From: an uncultured Gemmatimonadaceae bacterium
GTDB taxonomy: Bacteria; Gemmatimonadota; Gemmatimonadetes; Gemmatimonadales; GWC2-71-9
Length of the DNA stretch: 64,000 nucleotides
Direction: 5' to 3'
Assembly: GCA_964580055.1 (NCBI GenBank)
Contig: CAZOJI010000010.1
Location: 4,367 to 68,366, forward strand
The notes beneath the pieces were generated by a model, which saw only the letters and a program-made list of their open reading frames with translations, was not told the origin of the DNA and did not search any database. Of the stretch, positions 38,275 to 45,413 are shown one piece after another (the first letter of the stretch is position 1; each line of letters opens with the position of its first letter). A program made the translations under genes and the position numbers.

Positions 38275-39030
38275 CTAGCTGTTCTCGAACACTAGATCCG
38301 TCACTATGGATATGGACTTGCGCGCGAGAGCCTCGATCTTCGAGCCGTCCCAAACTGCCAGTGAAACGATCAGATCCGATTCTGGCAGCAGGGGGAGCGC
38401 ATCTTTCTGTTGGCTTTCCAAGGCGCGCTTCAACACGATGAACCAGCGCCCATCCCTATGGTCTCCTCTTCCGACCACGGTCTGTTCCTCCAGGGGAGTC
38501 TGCGTGCCCGGGCCGGTGGTCAAGAGCTCCAATACAGCCATTGTGGCGTCACCGCCGTCGAGCTTTGACTCGGCGTCCAGGTCGGCCACCCAATGCCAGA
38601 TGTTACCGGTCGCACCGTGCCCCATCATCTGGGCTGTCCCGGGTGAGGTCGAGGGCCCGAAAAAGATCGCGCAAGCATCCCGGTTCAGTGGTCCCTCGCG
38701 ATCTTCCGTCTCGTCGTCGAACTCTATGAGAAACGCGATCTCCCGATCGTTGTAGACACCCCGCACCCGGATATCGCGTTCCTCCGTTCCGTAAGGAACT
38801 CTCGCATTCTGCGGCCACAGATGAACTGTCATGGGCTGAATGCCGGCCCAGAACTCAGCGGAGTTGTCGAGCGGTATTTCCGTGTCGGTATACTCTATGG
38901 TGACCGGTGGTTCGTCCGTGACGCCAACGAGCTGATCCCTTGTCAGAACTCTCATCAGCAGGAAAAAAACCACTCCGAACAGCAGCAGCGGAATCGAAAA
39001 GCCAAGGGCGACTTTGACGGAACCCTTCAT
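38275..39030 (-). CDS. Membrane-anchored EB_dh/DOMON-type haem-b binding domain protein (ethylbenzene-dehydrogenase gamma-subunit-like)
   Basis: N-terminal TM 'ALGFSIPLLLFGVVFFLLM'. 'DACAIFFGP...AQMMGHGATGNIWHWVADLD...IVSLAVWDGSKIEALARKSIS' fits my recollection of this family's pattern. 3-nt spacer to the next gene. Confidence 0.65.
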   Translation of the reverse strand: MKGSVKVALGFSIPLLLFGVVFFLLMRVLTRDQLVGVTDEPPVTIEYTDTEIPLDNSAEFWAGIQPMTVHLWPQNARVPYGTEERDIRVRGVYNDREIAFLIEFDDETEDREGPLNRDACAIFFGPSTSPGTAQMMGHGATGNIWHWVADLDAESKLDGGDATMAVLELLTTGPGTQTPLEEQTVVGRGDHRDGRWFIVLKRALESQQKDALPLLPESDLIVSLAVWDGSKIEALARKSISIVTDLVFENS

Positions 39031-39049
39031 CCAGTATCCTCGGAACAGA

Positions 39050-39089
39050 CTAGAGTGTTTTTGAGTCGACGCTCAACTGTACACTCTAG
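39050..39089 (-). promoter_or_regulatory. Nested inverted repeat (9-bp outer and 5-bp inner arms) between the leader uORF and the EB_dh gene start
   Basis: CTAGAGTGT (39050-58) pairs with ACACTCTAG (39081-89). Inner arms are TTGAG (39061-65) and CTCAA (39072-76). Confidence 0.45.
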
Positions 39090-39112
39090 CCGGCGCAGCG
39101 GGAACCCTTCAT
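39086..39112 (-). promoter_or_regulatory. 8-codon leader uORF (MKGSRCAG*) with a strong SD, duplicating the first 4 codons of the EB_dh gene
   Basis: GGAGGAG lies 5 nt upstream of ATG 39112. The 15-nt direct repeat GGAACCCTTCATCCA (39019-33 and 39101-15) spans both start codons. The stop TAG lies inside the hairpin arm. Confidence 0.4.
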
Positions 39113-39208
39113 CCACTCCTCCGCTGACCTCCATACCTATTATGTTCTCTAGAGCAGAGGGATTCTAACCGCATCGCCTGATGGCTTTATTGTCAGGATC
39201 AAGGATGG

Positions 39209-41701
39209 ATGGGACGTAAGAAGAGACGCAAGGACAAGGGCAAGGCCAAATCACAGGGCCAGAAGACTCCGCATAGTGCTGCTGAGCGAAAGGCTCCCTC
39301 GAAACCCAAGCCGGCGGTTCCTCGTACACCGGCCGACAGCAAGCCCGCAACCGCCGGCCAGGTCGGTAAGACCGAGCAGCCACCGAAGAAGACGAGGGCC
39401 CGCAGCACCCTTAGAGTCGTCCCTGTTGTTGGAGCGATTCTTTTCGTGGTTGTGGTGCCGGTTTACTGGTTCACTTTCTTGCGTGAGAGCGGATATCCCG
39501 GTCCGAGTTTGGACGCCATGGCCTCCGAGGAGTTAGTGTACGAGGACTTCGCCGGAGCGACAACCTGCGAAGAATGCCACGAAGCTCAGTATTCGGTATG
39601 GCTGAACTCGACTCACGGTAGAGCCGGCGGCAACCCTTCAGAGGACCTGATAATAGCGAGATTCGACGGCAACCCCATTCGCTTTGCCGATGCCGTAGTG
39701 ACGCCTACTGTCGATGCCGATAGCAGTTACATCTTCATTGTTGATCAGGAAGGGTTCGAACCTGAGACGCTTGCGGTGTCCGGTGTGATTGGTGGGGGGC
39801 ACATGGTTGGGGGAGGCACTCAAGGTTTTGTGTCGGAATATCCCGATGGCACCGTGCGATTCCTTCCATTCGATTTCATTCGCCGCGAAGATCTTTGGTT
39901 CTGCAATACCAACACGCGCAGCGATCGTGGCTGGATCCCGATTACGATGGACGTGTCGATCACGGAATGCGCCGACTGGCCACCCGTGAGAGTACTAGGT
40001 ACCGACGATACGTACGCCAACTGTCAGGAATGCCATGCCGCTCTGGTTGATCTCGCGTTCGACAGCTCGGCGAGCGAATACTCCACCCGAATCACGACTC
40101 TCGCGATCGATTGCGAATCATGCCACGGGCCGATGTCAGATCATGTGGAAAGGTCGCAGCCGGAGACAATCGCTGCGGACACAGATATTGCCGTGGAACC
40201 TCTGGCCACCTACTCCAAGGACAGTTCATTGAACGTCTGTTTCCGGTGCCACGCCCTGAAGGACGTGATGCGTCAGGGCTATCTGCCTGGCAAACCGCTA
40301 GCGGACTACTACTCGGTAGGTCTTACCATGCTCGGTGGCGGCCCGTTTTATCCTGATGGCCGGGTACGTACGTTTGCGTATCAAGGCAATCACCGCTACA
40401 GCGATTGCTACTTGAATGGATCGATGACATGCGTGGATTGCCACGATCCCCATTCGCAGGAATACCGAGACATCTGGGGCCGCGAGTTGAGCGACCGCTT
40501 CGCGGACGAACAGTGCACGGATTGCCACTCCAGCAAAGCGGAAGATCCGGAAGCACATACGTTCCACGAGCCCGGTACCGAAGGGGGCAAGTGTGTCGAC
40601 TGTCACATGCCGTACCTGCAACACCCGGAGTTGGGATACCACCTCCGGTTTGCGCGTTCGGACCATACGATTCCGATTCCTCGTCCCGGAGTCGACGATC
40701 GTATGGGGATCGTCAATGCGTGTGCGCAGGCGCAATGCCACGCGGACAGCTCTGTCGCGGCTCTCGAGAGGGTGACCCGAGAGTGGTATGGCGATTTGAA
40801 GCCTCACAAACCGATCGTGGCTTCTCTCGTTCAGCGAGACGAACTGGACAAACGCACCGCCGCTGCAGTGCTAAGAGACTCCTCCAGTTTCCCTGCTGCA
40901 CAAATCGAGGCGCTGGGGGTGTTCGTCACGCGGTTCTTACGGCCGGATATGGCCAGAATAGATCCCGATGTGAGTCGGACGTTGTGGCAGTTGGCGGACA
41001 GCCCCGATCTCGACGTGAAAGCCACCGCACTCGCTGCTCTCCAGCTCGTGCAAGGGCAGATCGACTCTACCCGTCAGTTGCTGGCTGAGGCGCTCAGAGA
41101 GGCCGAGGACGCAGGCGTTCCCATCCGGTCGCGCTGGGCGACGGCGTTAGGGACATTTGGAGATCACTATTTCGAACTGGGCGATTGGGGGCCGGCGATA
41201 CGAACGTATCGCAAGGCGCTGGAGATCTCACCGGACCGTCCGGCCATTCTGATGAATATGGGCCTAGCCCAGGCCTACGCGCAAAGGCATGACAGTGCCG
41301 TGGTTTGCCTCAGGAGGTCCATCGAGATCGACAGGCGTCAACCTCTGGCCTGGGTGAATCTCGGATTCTCGCTCGAGAGCCTCGGCGATACGGCAGCCGC
41401 CGAGCGTGCCTACCGAACCGCTCTGAGCATCAGCGAGCACGAGGCCGTCGGGCATTTCAACCTGGCCAACATCTTGTTCAGGCGTGGTGATTTAGGTCCG
41501 GCGATCGAGCATTACGAGCGTGCCATCTCGCTCCAGCCCACCCTGGGGCAGGCACATCTGAACCTGGTCCGTGCACTCGTTGCAGAGGACGAACTCCAGG
41601 ATGCGCTGGCGGCGGCGCGCCTATGGCTACGTTACTTCCCGAACGACCAGCGCCCTCGTCAACTGATACTGGAGTTGGACCCGTCACTCAGACGCAGGTG
41701 A
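39209..41701 (+). CDS. Membrane-anchored multihaem c-type cytochrome (7 CxxCH + 1 CxxxxCH) with C-terminal TPR repeats
   Basis: CEECH, CQECH, CESCH, CFRCH, CVDCH, CTDCH, CVDCH and CAQAQCH. Lys/Pro-rich ~65-aa N-terminal tail followed by the TM segment 'VVPVVGAILFVVVVPVYWF'. At least 5 TPR-like repeats from ~aa 640. Confidence 0.85.
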   Translation: MGRKKRRKDKGKAKSQGQKTPHSAAERKAPSKPKPAVPRTPADSKPATAGQVGKTEQPPKKTRARSTLRVVPVVGAILFVVVVPVYWFTFLRESGYPGPSLDAMASEELVYEDFAGATTCEECHEAQYSVWLNSTHGRAGGNPSEDLIIARFDGNPIRFADAVVTPTVDADSSYIFIVDQEGFEPETLAVSGVIGGGHMVGGGTQGFVSEYPDGTVRFLPFDFIRREDLWFCNTNTRSDRGWIPITMDVSITECADWPPVRVLGTDDTYANCQECHAALVDLAFDSSASEYSTRITTLAIDCESCHGPMSDHVERSQPETIAADTDIAVEPLATYSKDSSLNVCFRCHALKDVMRQGYLPGKPLADYYSVGLTMLGGGPFYPDGRVRTFAYQGNHRYSDCYLNGSMTCVDCHDPHSQEYRDIWGRELSDRFADEQCTDCHSSKAEDPEAHTFHEPGTEGGKCVDCHMPYLQHPELGYHLRFARSDHTIPIPRPGVDDRMGIVNACAQAQCHADSSVAALERVTREWYGDLKPHKPIVASLVQRDELDKRTAAAVLRDSSSFPAAQIEALGVFVTRFLRPDMARIDPDVSRTLWQLADSPDLDVKATALAALQLVQGQIDSTRQLLAEALREAEDAGVPIRSRWATALGTFGDHYFELGDWGPAIRTYRKALEISPDRPAILMNMGLAQAYAQRHDSAVVCLRRSIEIDRRQPLAWVNLGFSLESLGDTAAAERAYRTALSISEHEAVGHFNLANILFRRGDLGPAIEHYERAISLQPTLGQAHLNLVRALVAEDELQDALAAARLWLRYFPNDQRPRQLILELDPSLRRR

Positions 41702-41711
41702 GTGCGCGGTC

Positions 41712-42098
41712 CTATCTGTCTTTGAGAGCTTGCCACCGCTCCAGCACTCGCTGCAACTCGATCTCAAGTTCACCAATCGACTCCACGAGTTGAGATGTCA
41801 GCCCGATGTCGGTCGACTTCGAGACTCCGCCTTTCACGCAACTGATCTAGAAGACGTTGGTATGCTCGGGCACACCGGCTGCGGCCTTGCCTCGCCCTTC
41901 CCGTAATGGGCCGATCATGCGCCAGCGCATCCTCTGGAAAAGGTCTGCGTCGTACTGCTGTGCACCGGCGGGCGAAGTCTCGAATGCAAAGCGAACATGA
42001 ACAGGACAAACGTCAATGAATGTCGGAAAGACATGAATCCTTCCTGTCGGGATGTAAGAACGAGAAACGCAGCTTGTTGGCGCTCTGCTATCCCCCAA
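41712..42098 (-). pseudogene. Decayed N-terminal fragment of a sortilin/BNR (Asp-box) repeat glycosidase-like protein with an in-frame TAG
   Basis: 'QQYDADLFQRMRWRMIGPLREGRGKAAAGVPEHTNVF*ISCVKGGVSKSTDIGLTS' parallels the conserved N-terminus '...WR.IGP.RGGR..AVAGVP....VFY.G...GGVWKSTDGG.TW'. The frame ends 44 codons after the TAG. Confidence 0.45.
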
Positions 42099-43257
42099 CC
42101 ACCATCATGATTTCGACCAGGTAGTCGGGGCCCATCAGGTCCGCGCCAACGAAGGTTCGTGATGCGGCAGGTCCGACAACCTCGTCGAGGATCTGTCCTA
42201 CCGGCTCCGCATGCGCGATTTGCGGCAGGTATACGTACATTGCGGTGACGTGGCTCAAACCTGTACCGGCGGCGGTGAGTGTTGCCTCCAGGTTGTTCAG
42301 AACTTGCCTGGTTTGTGCGTCGATGTCTCCGACAGCTACTCCATCAGGGCTGGATCCTACCGCACCAGCCGTGAATACCCTGTCACCGACCGCAATCGCG
42401 GGCGAGAATGGGCTGCTCGGTGGCGAAGCTCCCTCCGCAATGACCACAGCGCGATCAGGTGCGCGTCCGGCCACACACTGGATCTCGACCTTGAACAGCT
42501 CGTTCACCAGTTCGGCACCTACCGTAGCCCGCGCCGGAGGGGCTTCCGTCATGAATTCCCTGTACGCGGCGTTCATGTCGCCGAACTCGGCTGGGTCGGC
42601 CATGAACACTTTGCAGGCCGACAGGTCGGAGTAGTCCATCTCCACCTCGCTCAGGACTGCGCCGATGTTGCCCCAAACCCGTCTCGTCTGTGTGGCGATA
42701 TCTCCTGTTACAGGTTGATATGTTTCCGGGTCTCGGCTCGTCGCTCCCGCGATGAACAGAGTGCTGCCGGCCATGATCCCCCAACTGTACGGCAGTTCGG
42801 GCGATTTGAGTTCCGTGGGCACTATCACCTCGCGAGTGACGCCGGGCTTGGCGACTACCATCGATACCTGAACCAGTGCTGCCGGATCAGGGAGGTCAAC
42901 CGCAACGGTGGCGCGTGTCGGAGGATCGGTAGGGAAATATGTGCCGTAGGCTTCGTTCATTTCGGCGAAATGCGTGACGTCCGAGAGATAAACGTTAACG
43001 CTCACGACCCGGGAGAAGTCCAGCTCGTTCGCATCTAGCAACCGTCTGATGTTTTCCATGGCCTGGCGGAACTGGTCCGTAACACCTTCGGCAAAGGCTC
43101 CGCTAGATGGATCGGCGCCCATGGTACCCGGTACGAACAGAAACTCGCTGTCTGTCGGCGCAGCAGTTTCCTCGGCCGGTGGCGTGCCGCAAGATGCCAA
43201 CGGCAAAAGGAAAAGGATGGTGAGAATCGAGAGGCTGGATCGAATTCGAGCGCGCAT
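42088..43257 (-). CDS. Lipoprotein composed of three tandem RidA/YjgF/TdcF-like domains
   Basis: ATG 43257 lies 4 nt after GGAGA. Lipobox 'LPLASCG'. There are three repeats of the RidA pattern (one '...ATQTRRVWGNIGAVL...ARATVGAELVNELFKVEIQCVA', plus two more). Confidence 0.75.
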   Translation of the reverse strand: MRARIRSSLSILTILFLLPLASCGTPPAEETAAPTDSEFLFVPGTMGADPSSGAFAEGVTDQFRQAMENIRRLLDANELDFSRVVSVNVYLSDVTHFAEMNEAYGTYFPTDPPTRATVAVDLPDPAALVQVSMVVAKPGVTREVIVPTELKSPELPYSWGIMAGSTLFIAGATSRDPETYQPVTGDIATQTRRVWGNIGAVLSEVEMDYSDLSACKVFMADPAEFGDMNAAYREFMTEAPPARATVGAELVNELFKVEIQCVAGRAPDRAVVIAEGASPPSSPFSPAIAVGDRVFTAGAVGSSPDGVAVGDIDAQTRQVLNNLEATLTAAGTGLSHVTAMYVYLPQIAHAEPVGQILDEVVGPAASRTFVGADLMGPDYLVEIMMVVGG

Positions 43258-43405
43258 GTTGTCTCCGGTTCGGCAGAAAAGGTTCTTTGGCTTAGCCATT
43301 ATGCACCCGGGAACGTCTCGGCGCGAGAGGGGGGGGGAGGTGATCACGTTAAATTGCCTTGACGGGGTAGGGCCGAAACTGATGGTTGCCGCCTGACGTT
43401 CGGAC

Positions 43406-43603
43406 GTGCCGGATGATTTCAGGATGCTCGTGCCGATCATGCTGGATTTTGGATCGGAAGGCAGCGCATGGGTGCGTATCGACGTCACCGGCCCGGAGAC
43501 GGAGATGGTGTTACCGATACTGCCAATGAGGCCGGACCGGATAGTGTTCAATCCTTTTGAGTCAGTTCTCGCTGACACGAAGACGGAGCGTTGGCGCGAC
43601 TAG
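43406..43603 (+). pseudogene. Possible C-terminal remnant of a peptidase-type beta-sandwich domain (65 codons)
   Basis: 'VPIMLDFGSEGSAWVRIDVTGPETEMVLPILPMRPDRIVFNPFESVLA' resembles the C-terminal '...v.v.g....f.....P..v.lDP..w.L' ending of M1-type aminopeptidase-like proteins. A stop lies 9 nt upstream of the GTG and there is no SD. Confidence 0.2.
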
Positions 43604-44742
43604 CGGATTACCAGCATCCCCACGCTTCCGCCGAAATCGTCTTCCTCTGCGCGGAGCCCTTTGGGGGCTATCCAGGAGTCGCCGTTGAGCCGTACGTTGA
43701 CCCGGTGCACGCCTGAGGATATTCGAACAGTCAATTCCCAGACGCCTCGGCCTGTTTCCTGGAGCGCAATCGGTTGCCAGTCGGTGAAGTCCGCTGTCAA
43801 TTCAACTGACCGTGCTCCCGGCGCTTGCACACGAATGACGTGAAGGTCGTCGAGTGATGTCTGAACGCTCATCCTCGCCTCACCCATTCCTGGTTCTTCG
43901 GGTCTTTCCAGCTCCCGGAACAATGCCCTGAGCGGCGATGGCGTTGGCAGCAAGGGAGAACTGAAGGCTTCGATGCGCAGGCTGACGGTTACGTAATTCG
44001 CGGAGATGACTCCGCGCACCGGGTCGGATGGGTAACGGCCCCCGGAAACGAGAACAGAGATCCGCCGCCAGAGTGGTACTTGAGCGTGCAGCTCCCCGTA
44101 TAATCCCTCTCCACCGCCTTCGCTCCAGCCGCGCAGACCAATCGAGCCGTCGACTTCCAAGGATTCGTCTCGCCAGCGAGCGGAACCGACGATGTCCAGG
44201 TACTCCGTATTAGCGGCCCAGGTGCGCGTGGCAATCGCGCCCATCGCAACACCTTCGTGCACGGTCCAAACGCCAGCTTCGATCTGGCTTGGCGTCGCCA
44301 CAGCGGAGCCTTGATACGACTGGCCTGTTGCTCCTCCGAGCCAAACACCGTTCGATACGCCTGCTACATGCAGGCGGGCTCTGCCGAGCAGGTGACCGTA
44401 CCCCGGATTGTCCTCGTATACGTTTATGCCCGCGGACCCGGATATTTCGCCTTGTATCCCGTTGTGAAGGCGTGCCCGCCAGGCCCCCGCGGCTAGCCCC
44501 TGCACGACGCGCCGTCCGCTCTCGAACACGACATAGTTGCCGCTCGCGCCGAGTGAGCTGTTGGGTGCGTCATAACGGAGTGTCGGGCTGACGGAGAACG
44601 CTCCCGAGCCAAGAAACCCTTCGTAGTCGACCCAAGATCCGCCGACGTCCACTGTACCGCTGGTCTGGGCTCCGAGCGCGGAGATGCCGCTCAGGATCCA
44701 AGCCGTCGTCACCGCGGCGACAGACGGGCTGAGTCGCGTCAC
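43600..44742 (-). CDS. Secreted beta-rich protein with a C-terminal glycogen-binding (CBM48/AMPK-beta-like, E-set) domain
   Basis: Signal peptide '...GISALGAQT'. The Gly/Ser/aromatic-rich N-terminal 270 aa look like beta strands. C-terminus 'VELTADFTDWQPIAL...GVWELTV...GVHRVNVRLNGDSW'. Confidence 0.6.
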   Translation of the reverse strand: MTRLSPSVAAVTTAWILSGISALGAQTSGTVDVGGSWVDYEGFLGSGAFSVSPTLRYDAPNSSLGASGNYVVFESGRRVVQGLAAGAWRARLHNGIQGEISGSAGINVYEDNPGYGHLLGRARLHVAGVSNGVWLGGATGQSYQGSAVATPSQIEAGVWTVHEGVAMGAIATRTWAANTEYLDIVGSARWRDESLEVDGSIGLRGWSEGGGEGLYGELHAQVPLWRRISVLVSGGRYPSDPVRGVISANYVTVSLRIEAFSSPLLPTPSPLRALFRELERPEEPGMGEARMSVQTSLDDLHVIRVQAPGARSVELTADFTDWQPIALQETGRGVWELTVRISSGVHRVNVRLNGDSWIAPKGLRAEEDDFGGSVGMLVIR

Positions 44743-44756
44743 AGGCTAGGTGGAGT

Positions 44757-45413
44757 TCACGGTTTTCGCGGGCGGCGTCGCTCAGATCCCGCTCCAGGAG
44801 CGAAGTCCGCCCTGCCTTCCACTGCGGAATTCAACCTTACACCCAGGGCAGACACCGGAGAAGCTCCCAGTGAGATGTCACGCTCGACGTTGCGTCGGAA
44901 TGCTATGTACTCGACATCCTCGGCTCCTCCGGCGAGCGCAATTACGGCAGCGGCTGCCGTATCGGCCGGCACCCCTACCGCTACGAGGTCCGCGAGGACC
45001 GCCGCGGCGATCGTCAGCGATTGATTGACACGCAGCATCCGCAAAGCTTCGAGATCATCGGCGTCGGCTCCAGCCCTGAGTGCGCTGGCCCCGGCAACGA
45101 TTTCAGGACCGGAAGAGGCGGGGCCCAGGGCCTCGCGGGCTTCTAGGAGCTCGTCATCAAGCCTGCGCACTGCGGCAAGTATCAGGCCGGCACTCGCGCC
45201 TTTGGTAGCCCCTTCGAGCGCACGATCGACCAGCGGTTCGGTTGGGATTCCGCGAGCCTTCGCCGAATCCAGCAGGATCTCGATCTCGGCTCTGATCTCC
45301 TCGGGCACCCGGCCCTGGAGGCGAGGCTCCTGGGAGTAGACCGGGGAAGTGACCGTAAGGGCCGCTGCCGCCATTGCCAGTGCCAAGAACGAGTGGGTCA
45401 ATCTGTATCTCAT
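44757..45413 (-). CDS. Secreted Ala-rich helical hypothetical protein
   Basis: Signal peptide 'FLALAMAAAALTVTSPVYSQ'. ATGA overlap with the upstream anti-sigma-like gene. No family recognised. Confidence 0.5.
   Translation of the reverse strand: MRYRLTHSFLALAMAAAALTVTSPVYSQEPRLQGRVPEEIRAEIEILLDSAKARGIPTEPLVDRALEGATKGASAGLILAAVRRLDDELLEAREALGPASSGPEIVAGASALRAGADADDLEALRMLRVNQSLTIAAAVLADLVAVGVPADTAAAAVIALAGGAEDVEYIAFRRNVERDISLGASPVSALGVRLNSAVEGRADFAPGAGSERRRPRKP

Noticed and set aside
43329-43337. G9 (C9 on the coding strand) homopolymer ~70 nt upstream of the RidA lipoprotein start, near a possible -35 position. I considered it as a phase-variation tract.
   Set aside because: At this base composition one or two 9-mers of G or C are expected by chance in 64 kb on two strands. 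A similar C-run occurs inside the acyl-CoA dehydrogenase 3' end. There is no supporting evidence for length polymorphism.
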